Source: an uncultured Pseudomonadota bacterium (GTDB lineage: Bacteria; Pseudomonadota; Alphaproteobacteria; JACZXZ01). From it: a stretch of 64,000 nucleotides of DNA. Below are positions 42,595 through 51,857 of this stretch, in pieces (positions within the stretch are counted from its first letter, which is position 1; each line of letters starts with the position of its first letter). The notes beneath the pieces are model-generated. The model was not told where the DNA came from, made no database searches, and saw only the letters and a list, made by a program, of their open reading frames with translations. The DNA is taken from the NCBI GenBank assembly GCA_963749075.1, contig CAVVLJ010000017.1:64001-128000 (forward strand), in the 5' to 3' direction. A program made the position numbers and the translations under genes.

Positions 42595-43272
42595 TCAGTA
42601 GGCCGCGATCGTCTCGTCGCGGACTTGCGTCGCGCCGGGCACGCCCTCGGCGAGTGCGAGCAGCGCCTTGCGCTCCGCCTCCGAGCCCACGAGACCCCAC
42701 AAATGCACCACGCCGTTGCTCACGATGACGTTGCGGCTGCCGAAATCGGTCCAGGGCTGCTGTTCCAGTTGGGCCAGCAACTCGTGCCGGATGTCGAGAT
42801 CCCGATCGTGCGTCTCCTCGTTGTGCCCGATGATCGATGCGAGGGCCTGGATCAAATTGGAGCGGCTCACCACGCCGAGCAGCTTGCCGTCCCGCACGAT
42901 GGGCACCCGCTTGATCCGCTTGCGCTCGAGCAAGGCGGCGATCTCGGAAAGCGGCGTATCCTCGGTCGCCGACACCACGTCCGTGGTCATCAGCTCCTCG
43001 ACCTTCTTGCCGTGGGACTTGGCGAAATCCTCGGCGAGCGCCGAAGCGCCGGTGACCGCTTCGAGCCACCACGGACGGTGCTTCTCGGTGCCGATCTCGA
43101 CGCGATGAATGAGGTCGGCCTCGCTGATGATGCCGATCACGTGGTCTTCCGAATCGACGACCGGCAGAGCGCTCACGTCGTGCTCGCTCAAAAGCTTGAT
43201 CGCGTCCGCTACGTCGGTGTCGGGATGGACCGTTATGACATGGCGGACCATGACATCAATCGCCCGCATCAT
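42595..43272 (-). CDS. CBS-pair plus BON domain protein
   Basis: Two CBS repeats (ALPVVD, RVPIV) and a C-terminal BON (GVVHLWG). Confidence 0.9.
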   Translation of the reverse strand: MMRAIDVMVRHVITVHPDTDVADAIKLLSEHDVSALPVVDSEDHVIGIISEADLIHRVEIGTEKHRPWWLEAVTGASALAEDFAKSHGKKVEELMTTDVVSATEDTPLSEIAALLERKRIKRVPIVRDGKLLGVVSRSNLIQALASIIGHNEETHDRDLDIRHELLAQLEQQPWTDFGSRNVIVSNGVVHLWGLVGSEAERKALLALAEGVPGATQVRDETIAAY

Positions 43273-43331
43273 GTTCTCCTCCTCTGGGCTGCAGGGTGTC
43301 GCGTCGCGCGACGGATCTCGAAATGCACATC

Positions 43332-44957
43332 TCAAAATAGATAGCGGAAGAGGGCGAACAGCGACCCCGACAGCATGATCGCGGCCGGCAACGTCAGCAC
43401 CCAGGCGAGGACCATGTTCTTGATCGTGCTGGCTTGCAGGCCCGAACGGTTCGCCGCCATGGTGCCTGCGACGCCGGAAGAGAGCACATGGGTGGTGCTC
43501 ACCGGCAATCCGTAACTGTCCGCCGCCATGATCAAGCCCATGGCCACGAGCTCGGCCGAGGCGCCCTGGCCATAGGTCAGATGCTGCTTGCCGATCTTTT
43601 CGCCGACGGTGACGACGATGCGCTTCCAGCCGACCATCGTGCCTAAGCCGAGCGCGATCGCCACCGCGACCTTGACCCAGATCGGAATGAACTTGGTCCC
43701 GGTGTCGAGCGCCTTCTTATAGGTGTTCAACGTGGCGACATCGTCCGTCGACAGATCGGCTTCCTTGTCCTTCATCAGGAGACGCAGCGCTTCCGAGGCG
43801 AGATACATGTCGTTGCGCGTGTTGCCCACCGCCGCCGAAGGCAGTTTCGCCAACGAGCCGTACTGCTTGACCTGCTCGCCGATCTGGCTCACCAGAACGG
43901 CGAGCGACGGGAATGTCCCCTCGCTCAACTTGTGTTGTGCTACATAGAGGGTCACGGCCGGCCGCGGATTGCCGAGGACGTTGTATCCCGCGGCCTTCTT
44001 CTCGATGACCTGAGCCACTGCGGCCGAAGCTTTCTCGAATTCGGGACCAAAGCTGGCGGGCAACGAGCGGTTGAGGGCATAGGTCGTCGGCACCGTGCCG
44101 ATCAGGATCAGCATGATCAGGCCCATGCCCTTTTGCCCGTCGTTCGAGCCGTGGGCGAAGCTGACGCCGGTGCAGGTCAGGATCAAGAGACCGCGGATCC
44201 ACCAGGGCGGCGGTGTCGCGCTTTCGGGCGCCTTGTAAAGCGCCGGAATGCGGATCAGGGCCTTGGCGATGAGCAACACGACGGCGGAGAGGACGAAGCC
44301 GGCGAGCGGCGAAAACAGCAGCGACTTGCCGACCCCGAGCGCTTGGCCCCAGTCGACGCCGCTGGTGCCGCTGTTCCCCGCGGCCATGATCTGGTTCATC
44401 ACCCCGACGCCGATGATCGACCCGATCAGGGCATGCGAGCTCGAATTCGGGATGCCGAAATACCAGGTCGCGAGGTTCCAGATGATCGCGGCGATGAGGA
44501 GGGCGAAGACCATGGCGAAGCCGGCATTGCTGCCGACTTGCAGGATGAGCTCGACCGGCAACAGCGAGATGATGCCGAAGGCGACCGCCCCGGTCGAGGT
44601 CAGCACGCCCAGGAAGTTGAAGAACCCGGACCAGATCACCGCGAAATAAGCCGGCAGCGAATGGGTGTAGATGACGGTCGCCACCGCATTCGCGGTATCG
44701 TGGAAGCCGTTGACGAACTCGAAGCCGAGCGCGATGAGCAGCGCCAGGCCGAGCAGCGAGTACACGAGCACGCCGACGGATGGTGCTGCCGCCAGATCGG
44801 AGAGCAGTGCATACGCGGCATAGGCCGCGCCGATGGCCAGCACGCCGAGGGCAATGAACGGGCCGGCCTGACTGGACCACCCCGGAATGCCCGACGAATG
44901 CAGCGGATGTGTTTGCTCGAGGTGGACCGCCCCGCGATTGATCGCCTCTTCGCTCAT
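43332..44957 (-). CDS. pitA: Inorganic phosphate transporter, PiT family
   Basis: NGFHDTANAVAT, HGSNDGQK and PVSTTH motifs. Confidence 0.93.
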   Translation of the reverse strand: MSEEAINRGAVHLEQTHPLHSSGIPGWSSQAGPFIALGVLAIGAAYAAYALLSDLAAAPSVGVLVYSLLGLALLIALGFEFVNGFHDTANAVATVIYTHSLPAYFAVIWSGFFNFLGVLTSTGAVAFGIISLLPVELILQVGSNAGFAMVFALLIAAIIWNLATWYFGIPNSSSHALIGSIIGVGVMNQIMAAGNSGTSGVDWGQALGVGKSLLFSPLAGFVLSAVVLLIAKALIRIPALYKAPESATPPPWWIRGLLILTCTGVSFAHGSNDGQKGMGLIMLILIGTVPTTYALNRSLPASFGPEFEKASAAVAQVIEKKAAGYNVLGNPRPAVTLYVAQHKLSEGTFPSLAVLVSQIGEQVKQYGSLAKLPSAAVGNTRNDMYLASEALRLLMKDKEADLSTDDVATLNTYKKALDTGTKFIPIWVKVAVAIALGLGTMVGWKRIVVTVGEKIGKQHLTYGQGASAELVAMGLIMAADSYGLPVSTTHVLSSGVAGTMAANRSGLQASTIKNMVLAWVLTLPAAIMLSGSLFALFRYLF

Positions 44958-45178
44958 CTTCGCCCCCATTTTTTTCGCCGAGCCGCCAGCGCGACTTCGC
45001 CGGGGCACGATCTATACCCGTTCTCAGTGAAGTATCCATGACAGCTGGCGGCGGCCGCGACCGCCCGAGCGTCCGCTCCCGGCAAATGCGGGAAATGCTG
45101 GCTGGCGCCCGACGGGTCTTTAGGTTTCCAAAGCGGGGCTCGCCATCCGGCCAGTGGCGATGCTTATGAATTCATGCC

Positions 45179-46327
45179 CTAATAGACCCCGCCCTCCCCG
45201 CCCTCCATGTCGCTGACCCGCACCTTGCCGCGAATCACGCGGAAGACGTAGGCCGTGTAGACGAGCACAATCGGCAGGAAGATGATCGTGGCCACCAGCA
45301 TGGTGAAGAGCGTCGAGCGGCTGCTCGAGGCGTCCCACACGGTGAGGCTGCTCCTGGGATCGCTCGAGGAGGGCAGCAGGAAGGGAAAGAGGCTCAAGCC
45401 CGCGGTCGCGATCACTCCGGCCACGGCCAGGCTGCTGGCCACGAAGGCGAGGAGCGGCCTCCTGAGCTGCAGGAGGCCCGCCGCCGCCGCGGCACCCACG
45501 TAGACGAGCGCAGGTGCGAGCGCCGTCAAGGGGTGGATGCCATAATTGCGGAACCACGCCCCGCCTACGCGCACGACGGTCTTGGCGAGCGGGTTGGACG
45601 GCCCGGCCGGATCGATCGCACTCCTGATGACGTAGCCGTCGATGGCGAAGGCGAGCCACAGCCCGCCGATGGTGAAGAGAAGGAGGAGTGCTGCGGCCGC
45701 GAGCCATACGGCGGTGCGTGCCCGCTCGGCGATCTCGCCCTCGGTCTTGAGTGCCAGGAAGGCGCCGCCCTGCATCGCCAGCATGGCGACGCTCACCAGC
45801 CCGCAAAGGAGGGCGAAGGGATTGAGGAGGCCCAGGAGCCCGCCCTCGTAAGCCACGCGCAGCGTGTCGTCGAAGTGGAAGGGCACGCCCTCGAAGAGGT
45901 TGCCGAAAGCGACGCCGAAGACGAGCGATGGCACCACGCCGGTCAAGAAGAAGGCCCAATCCCACGTGCGGCGCCAGGCGGCACCCTCGAGCTTGCTGTG
46001 GAAGGTGAACGAGGCCGGCCGCAAGATGAGGGCGGCGAGCACCAGGAACATGGCGAGGTAGAAGCCCGAGAAGGAGACCGCGTAGAGCGGCGGCCAGGCG
46101 GCGAAGGCGGCACCGCCGCCCAGCACGAACCACACCTGGTTGCCCTCCCACACCGGCCCGATGACGTTGAGCAGCACGCGCTTCTGCGCGTCGCCCCGCG
46201 CCACGAAGGGCTGCAGCATGGCGATCCCGAGGTCGAAGCCGTCCATCACCGCGAAACCGATGAGGATGGTGCCCAGGAGGGCCCACCAGATGAAGCGCAG
46301 CAAGCCGTAGCCGAGAGGGATGTCCAT
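45179..46327 (-). CDS. cydB: Cytochrome bd ubiquinol oxidase subunit II
   Basis: DGFDLG, GPVWEGNQVW and SLTVWDASSS motifs. Confidence 0.96.
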   Translation of the reverse strand: MDIPLGYGLLRFIWWALLGTILIGFAVMDGFDLGIAMLQPFVARGDAQKRVLLNVIGPVWEGNQVWFVLGGGAAFAAWPPLYAVSFSGFYLAMFLVLAALILRPASFTFHSKLEGAAWRRTWDWAFFLTGVVPSLVFGVAFGNLFEGVPFHFDDTLRVAYEGGLLGLLNPFALLCGLVSVAMLAMQGGAFLALKTEGEIAERARTAVWLAAAALLLLFTIGGLWLAFAIDGYVIRSAIDPAGPSNPLAKTVVRVGGAWFRNYGIHPLTALAPALVYVGAAAAAGLLQLRRPLLAFVASSLAVAGVIATAGLSLFPFLLPSSSDPRSSLTVWDASSSRSTLFTMLVATIIFLPIVLVYTAYVFRVIRGKVRVSDMEGGEGGVY

Positions 46328-46330
46328 CGC

Positions 46331-47866
46331 TCAATGCCCGCCGCTGGAGGCCGTACTGGGTCCGAGCCGGATGTATTTGACGAGCAGGTAAACGTCGACG
46401 ATCGCAAGCGTCGAATAGAACAGGACGAAGCCGAGCAGGCTGAAGAGCACGTTGCCGAACGGCGTCGAGGACGCGCCGAGGAAGGTGGGCAAGACGCCCT
46501 CGATCGCCCAGGGCTGGCGTCCGTACTCGGCGACGATCCAGCCGAGCTCGGCGGCGATCCAGGGGAGCGGCAGGCTCACGGCGGCGAGTTTGAGGAACCA
46601 GCTCCGCTCGAGCTCGCGGCGCGAGGCGAGATAGAAGGCGAGCGCAAAGAGGGCGATGAAATAGAAGCCGCAGCCAACCATGAAGCGGAAGGCCCAGAAG
46701 AGCACCAGCACATTGGGCACCGTCGACAGCGCCGCCTCGTGGATCTCCGCGTCGCTTGCGTCGAGGATGTCCGGCCGGATGCGCTTCAGGAGGAGCGCGT
46801 AGCCGAGGTTGTCGAAGAAGGGCTGCATCGCCGGCGTCACCGCGCCCGCGACCTTGCCGCCGGCACGCAGCGCCTCGAGCTCGCGGTAGGCGATGAGGCC
46901 GTTGCGGATGCGCTGATCGGCCTCGCCGACGAGCTGCTTGATGCCCGCCACGGGCGTGTCGAGCGAGCGCGTGGCGATCAGCCCCATGAGCCACGGCACG
47001 CGGAGCGCGTCATGCGTCGTCTCCGCGGCGCGGTCGGGAATGCCGAAGATGGTGAAGCTCGCGGGCGGCGGCTGGGTCTCCCACATCGCCTCGATCGCGG
47101 CGATCTTCATCTTCTGGTTGAGCGTCGCCTCGTAACCGCTCTCGTCGCCGAGCACCACGACGGAGAGCGCCGAGGCGAGGCCGAAGCTGGCCGCCACCGT
47201 GAGCGAGCGTTTGGCGAACGCCACGTGGCGGCCGCGCAAGAGATACCAGGCGGCGACGGCGAGCACGAACATGGAGCCGGTCACGTAGCCGGCGCCCACG
47301 GTATGCACGAACTTGCTCTGCGCCACCGGGTTGAAGAGCACATCCGCGAAGGAGGTGACCTCCATGCGCATGGTCGCCGGGTTGAAGCTGGCGCCTACGG
47401 GATTCTGCATCCAGCCGTTGGCGACCAGGATCCAGAGGGCCGAGAGGTTGCTGCCGATCGCCACGAGCCAGGTCACGGCAAGATGGCCGAGCTTGCTCAT
47501 GCGGTCCCAGCCGAAGAAGAAGAGCCCGACGAAGGTCGCCTCGAGAAAGAAGGCCATGAGGCCCTCGATCGCCAGCGGGGCGCCGAAGACGTTGCCGACG
47601 TAATGGGCGTAATAGGCCCAGTTGGTGCCGAACTGGAACTCCATGGTGATGCCGGTGGCCACCCCCATGGCGAAGTTGATGCCGAAGAGCGTACCCCAGA
47701 ACTTCGTCATCTCGCGCCACACGGTGCGACCCGTCATGACGTAGACGCTTTCCATGATGGCGAGCAGGAGCGAAAGGCCGAGCGTCAGCGGGACGAAGAG
47801 AAAGTGATAGAGCGCCGTGAGCGCGAACTGCAGGCGCGAGAGATCGACGACGCCGAGCTCGGGCAT
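46331..47866 (-). CDS. cydA: Cytochrome bd ubiquinol oxidase subunit I (long Q-loop)
   Basis: SRLQFA..YH, EFQFGTNW, KIAAIE and EYGRQPW motifs. Confidence 0.96.
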   Translation of the reverse strand: MPELGVVDLSRLQFALTALYHFLFVPLTLGLSLLLAIMESVYVMTGRTVWREMTKFWGTLFGINFAMGVATGITMEFQFGTNWAYYAHYVGNVFGAPLAIEGLMAFFLEATFVGLFFFGWDRMSKLGHLAVTWLVAIGSNLSALWILVANGWMQNPVGASFNPATMRMEVTSFADVLFNPVAQSKFVHTVGAGYVTGSMFVLAVAAWYLLRGRHVAFAKRSLTVAASFGLASALSVVVLGDESGYEATLNQKMKIAAIEAMWETQPPPASFTIFGIPDRAAETTHDALRVPWLMGLIATRSLDTPVAGIKQLVGEADQRIRNGLIAYRELEALRAGGKVAGAVTPAMQPFFDNLGYALLLKRIRPDILDASDAEIHEAALSTVPNVLVLFWAFRFMVGCGFYFIALFALAFYLASRRELERSWFLKLAAVSLPLPWIAAELGWIVAEYGRQPWAIEGVLPTFLGASSTPFGNVLFSLLGFVLFYSTLAIVDVYLLVKYIRLGPSTASSGGH

Positions 47867-47867
47867 C

Positions 47868-48041
47868 TCAGCGCCCCGCGCCGGCGGCGGCAGGTGCGAG
47901 GATGTGCGCACCGGCGGCGGCCGTCGTCACGCGCATGCTGTGGGCGGGACCGAAGAAGGCCGCGTAGAGGAGCGCCAGCGCCACGGCCTTGCCGGCAAGC
48001 GCCAAGCCGATCTCGCGCGCGAGCGCAGTTCGTCGCCGCAT
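47868..48041 (-). CDS. cydP: Small membrane protein upstream of cydA (CydP-like)
   Basis: MRRRTALAREIGLALAGKAVALALLYAAFF; 1 nt from cydA; upstream GGAGGAAGGGG. Confidence 0.75.
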   Translation of the reverse strand: MRRRTALAREIGLALAGKAVALALLYAAFFGPAHSMRVTTAAAGAHILAPAAAGAGR

Positions 48042-48159
48042 CGCCCCCTTCCTCCCGGCGCCATGCGGCGCGCCGGAGCAGGCGCCCGTCTGCGAGCGCC
48101 GAGCGAGAGCTTGCCCCGGCGCGTGGGTGGATGCAACCGTCTCTTTAGCCCCCGTCTCT

Positions 48160-48972
48160 TCAGCAACGGCCGCCGCCTGCGGCATGGCGCTCGAGGAAAT
48201 CCGCCACCGCCTCGCCCGCCCCGTGGCTGTAGAGATCGTCGTGGCCGGCCTCGGGCAAGAGGCAGAGCTCCTTGGGCTCGTCCGCCGCGGCGAAGAGGCG
48301 CTTGCCGAAGCGGACCGGGACCACGCGGTCGCGCTCGCCGTGCACGATGAGGAGCGGCGTCGCGACGGCGGCGATGCGCGCGATCGATTCGAAGCGGTCG
48401 CGCAGCAGCCAGCGCGCGGGCGTCCACCAATAATGGTATGCCGCCACGTCGGGGAGCGAGGTGAAGGGAGCCTCGAGCACGAGCGCTGCTGTGGCGCGCT
48501 CCGCGGCCATCCGGCTCGCCACGCCGGTGCCGAGGGATTCGCCGTAGATCACGGTGTCATCGGGCGCCACCCTTTGCGCCGCGAGAAAATCGAGGGCCGC
48601 GCGCGCATCCTCGTAGACCCCCGCCTCGCTGGGCCGTCCCGGATTGCCGCTATATCCGCGATAGCCCGCGAGAAGGAAGCCGTAGCCGCGGTCGAGGAAA
48701 AAGCGCGCCTTGTAGGCGCGGTCGCCGAAATGGCCCGCGTTGCCGTGATAATAGACGATGGTCGGGCGCCCCGCCGCGGGGCCGTACCAGCCCTTGAGGG
48801 CAAGCCCGTCGGCGCTTCTGTAGCGCGCGACGCGCATCTCCGGCACCCCCGCTTCCGCGGGCGAGCCCGGCTTGCCGATGGGCACGAAGACGAGGCGGCG
48901 CTGGAAGACGTAGAGCGCGCCGTTGGCGCCGAGGTAGATGGCGGCGGCTCCCGCCACCACGAGGTCAAGCAT
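48160..48972 (-). CDS. Alpha/beta hydrolase (ABHD13/BEM46-like)
   Basis: HGNAG, YRGYS, GESLG and GHDD motifs. Confidence 0.88.
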   Translation of the reverse strand: MLDLVVAGAAAIYLGANGALYVFQRRLVFVPIGKPGSPAEAGVPEMRVARYRSADGLALKGWYGPAAGRPTIVYYHGNAGHFGDRAYKARFFLDRGYGFLLAGYRGYSGNPGRPSEAGVYEDARAALDFLAAQRVAPDDTVIYGESLGTGVASRMAAERATAALVLEAPFTSLPDVAAYHYWWTPARWLLRDRFESIARIAAVATPLLIVHGERDRVVPVRFGKRLFAAADEPKELCLLPEAGHDDLYSHGAGEAVADFLERHAAGGGRC

Positions 48973-49152
48973 GCGAGCGCTCCTGCCGCGGCCTTCCGGC
49001 GGGCGTTCCCCAGGCTGCCGGGGCGCCTCTCTCGACATATTGTGATTGCCTTCTCTTTGCCCGCGTCAACCCCCCATGCGATAGTGGCGGCGTGGCAAGC
49101 ACGAGAGCCGGATCGACCCGCATGAGGCCCGCGGCTTCGCGGCGCCCGGACG

Positions 49153-50889
49153 ATGACCGCCGCCGCTGAGCCGGCATTCGGCGCCGCGGGCCAATTGCTG
49201 CGCGCGGACGTGGTCATGCGGCGGCTCAGGAGCGCCACGGGCCTGGTGCTCTTCAGCTACGTGCTGACGCATCTCGTCAACCACGCCCTCGGCCTCATCT
49301 CGCTCGAGGCGCAGAGCGCCGGCGCCGTGTGGTTTCTCGCCGTCTGGCGCAATCCGGTCGCGACGACGCTGCTCTACGGCTCGGCACTCATCCATATTTC
49401 CCTCGCCTTCGTGCGGCTCTACCAGCGCCGCTCCCTGCGCATGCCCGTGTGGGAGGCCGCTCAGCTCATCCTCGGGCTCGCCATACCTCCCCTCCTCGCC
49501 GAGCACGTCCTCGCCACGCGCCTCGCCAACGAGCTGCTCGACTTGCAGGACAGCTACTTCTACGTCGAGCTCGTCTTGTGGCGGTTCTCGCCCTGGCTCG
49601 GCGTCATGCAGGTCGCGGTGCTCATCGTCGCCTGGCTCCACGGCTGCATCGGCCTGCATTTCTGGCTGCGCCTGCGTCCCTGGTACCGCAGCCACATCGC
49701 CTATTTCTACGCCGTCGCCATCCTGGTGCCCGTGCTGTCGCTGCTCGGCTTCGCCGAGGCGGGGCGCGAGATCGACGAGCTGGCGCTCGACCCGCAGCGC
49801 TTCCAGGCGGCGATCGCGGCGATCAATCTGCCGACGGCCGCGGCCGCGGCGGTGATCTATCAGGTGCGGGACGGCTTCCTCTACGGCTTCGCGGCCGCGA
49901 TTGCGGGCGTGCTGGCGGCCCGCCTGGTGCGCGCCCGCCTCGAGCGGCGCCGCGGCGTGGTGCGCGTGAGCTATCCAGGCGGCCGGCTCGTCGAGGCCTC
50001 GCCGGGCGCCAGCCTGCTCGAGATCAGCCGTGCCGCGGGCATTCCCCACGCCTCGGTCTGCGGCGGCCGAGGGCGCTGCTCGACTTGCCGCGTGCGCGTG
50101 AGCGCCGGGCTCGAGCAGCAGCCGCCCGCGAGCCGCGAGGAGCTGCGCGTGCTTCATCGCGTGGGAGCGCCGCCCGGCGTGCGCCTCGCCTGCCAGCTCC
50201 GCCCGCTGGGCGAGCTCAGCGTGATCCCGCTCCTGCCGTCCACGGCGACCGCGCGCGACTCGGCGGGCCGGCCGCGCCATTACCAGGGCGAGGAGCTCGA
50301 GATCGCCATCCTCTTCGCCGATCTGCGCGCCTTCACCAAGTTCTCGGAGCGGCGCCTCCCCTACGACGTGGTTTTCGTGCTCAACCGCTATTTCGCCGCC
50401 ATGGGGCAGGCCGTCGAGGCGGCGGGCGGCCGGCTCGACAAGTTCATCGGCGACGGCGTCATGGCTCTCTTCGGCATCGATGACGGGCCCGAGCGCGGCT
50501 GCCGCGCCGCGCTGGCGGCGGCGCGCGCCATGGTCGAGCAGCTCGCCGCGCTCAACCGCCTGCTCTCCCACGAGCTGAGCGAGCCCTTGCGCATCGGCAT
50601 CGGCATCCACGCGGGGCCGGCGATCGTCGGCGAGATGGGCTACGAGCGCGCCACCACGCTCACCGCCGTCGGCGATGCGGTCAATACGGCAAGCCGGCTC
50701 GAGAGCCTGACCAAGGACTATGCCGCCGAGCTCGTGGTCTCGGAGCAGGTGGTGCGCTACGCCGGCCTCGACCCCGGCCGCTTCCCCCACCACGAGATCA
50801 TGGTGCGCGGCCGCCAGCAGCCGCTCGTCATCCTCGTCATCGCCGACACCGCGGCCCTCAGCGAAGGATCGGAGAAGGTGCCGGCGTAA
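49153..50889 (+). CDS. CyaC-like adenylate cyclase: His-rich membrane domain, [2Fe-2S] ferredoxin, class III catalytic domain
   Basis: TM histidines (LTHLVNH, LIH, AEH, WLHGCIGLH); CGGRGRCSTC...LAC; FADLRAF, DKFIGDG and GDAVNTASRLE. Confidence 0.9.
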   Translation: MTAAAEPAFGAAGQLLRADVVMRRLRSATGLVLFSYVLTHLVNHALGLISLEAQSAGAVWFLAVWRNPVATTLLYGSALIHISLAFVRLYQRRSLRMPVWEAAQLILGLAIPPLLAEHVLATRLANELLDLQDSYFYVELVLWRFSPWLGVMQVAVLIVAWLHGCIGLHFWLRLRPWYRSHIAYFYAVAILVPVLSLLGFAEAGREIDELALDPQRFQAAIAAINLPTAAAAAVIYQVRDGFLYGFAAAIAGVLAARLVRARLERRRGVVRVSYPGGRLVEASPGASLLEISRAAGIPHASVCGGRGRCSTCRVRVSAGLEQQPPASREELRVLHRVGAPPGVRLACQLRPLGELSVIPLLPSTATARDSAGRPRHYQGEELEIAILFADLRAFTKFSERRLPYDVVFVLNRYFAAMGQAVEAAGGRLDKFIGDGVMALFGIDDGPERGCRAALAAARAMVEQLAALNRLLSHELSEPLRIGIGIHAGPAIVGEMGYERATTLTAVGDAVNTASRLESLTKDYAAELVVSEQVVRYAGLDPGRFPHHEIMVRGRQQPLVILVIADTAALSEGSEKVPA

Positions 50890-50915
50890 CGCTCGCCAAT
50901 CGCTGAAGCGCGCGT

Positions 50916-51017
50916 CACCCCCTCCCCACCCTCCCCCCTCAAGGGGGAGGGGGTATTTTGTTGCCTTGCCATAGAGTTCCCCTCCCCCCTTGAGGGGGAG
51001 GGTTAGGGAGGGGGGTG
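50916..51017. repeat. Palindromic REP-like element (related to family B) between convergent genes
   Basis: CACCCCCTCCCCACCCTCCCCCCTCAAGGGGGAGGG ... CCCTCCCCCCTTGAGGGGGAGGGTTAGGGAGGGGGGTG. Confidence 0.8.
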
Positions 51018-51107
51018 CGCTGTGCCGCAACGATTCCAAGCATTAGGGGCAAAAAAGCGTGGTGGCATCAACCTCTCGCGCGGCAACACGCCGTTGCCGC
51101 GGCAACC

Positions 51108-51587
51108 TCAGCTGCTCTTCTTGGCATCGATGGCGGATTTGAGGGCGCGATACTCCGCGCAGCCGGAGTTGCACAGCTTGGCGAGCCGGGCGAGGCGCTC
51201 TTGGGCCTTGGGCATGTCGCCCGTCGCGAGATAGAGCTCGCCCAAATATTCGTTGGCGCCGAGATGGCCGGGATTGATCGCCAGTGCCTTCTCGTAGGCC
51301 GAGAGCGCGTCGGGGAACTTGCCGAGCTTGCGCTCGGAGAAGCCGATATAGTTCCACGCGTCGGCATTCTTCGGGTTGCGCTCGACGACCTTCTTCAGGT
51401 GGGCGAGAGCCTCGTCGTAGCGGCCGCCCTGGGCCGCACTGGCACCCGCCGCGTAATCGGGATCCTCGCTCGAGCTCTTGGCAGCGGGGCTCGAGCTGGG
51501 ACCGCCCATGGTCCAAGCGGTGCCCGCCGAGCCCAGGATGAGGGCCGCGGCAAGCGCCGCAAGAACGCCCTTGAGCATCGCATTCAT
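51108..51587 (-). CDS. Secreted TPR protein with C-terminal CxxxC
   Basis: Signal peptide; TPRs (NPKNADAWNYIG, ANEYLGELYL); CNSGC. Confidence 0.88.
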   Translation of the reverse strand: MNAMLKGVLAALAAALILGSAGTAWTMGGPSSSPAAKSSSEDPDYAAGASAAQGGRYDEALAHLKKVVERNPKNADAWNYIGFSERKLGKFPDALSAYEKALAINPGHLGANEYLGELYLATGDMPKAQERLARLAKLCNSGCAEYRALKSAIDAKKSS

Positions 51588-51857
51588 CGCAGTCTCCTTC
51601 CGAATTCGACTCTCGCTGGCGCCCCTCACCCTCGTCCACACCGCCATTCATGCCATAATCCCGGGCGGCCAGGAGCGTCATTCGCGACTCCGTCACGAAG
51701 AATTGAGTGCCCCGGGCGGCGCGCGCGCTCGCCGCCTCGAGCGTCGAAGCGGCTGGAAAAATCCCAGCCGAGACCATATTTTGGCATCATTTCCGCCATT
51801 TTGCGATTGCCGCAATGGCGGACGGTCACGAGAGGAGCCGGGCGCGGAGCCCATAGG

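Noticed and set aside
51015-51857. Apparent N-terminal extension giving a 1064 aa Wzc
   Set aside because: It overlaps the opposite-strand TPR gene. The plausible start is the ATG at 51858.
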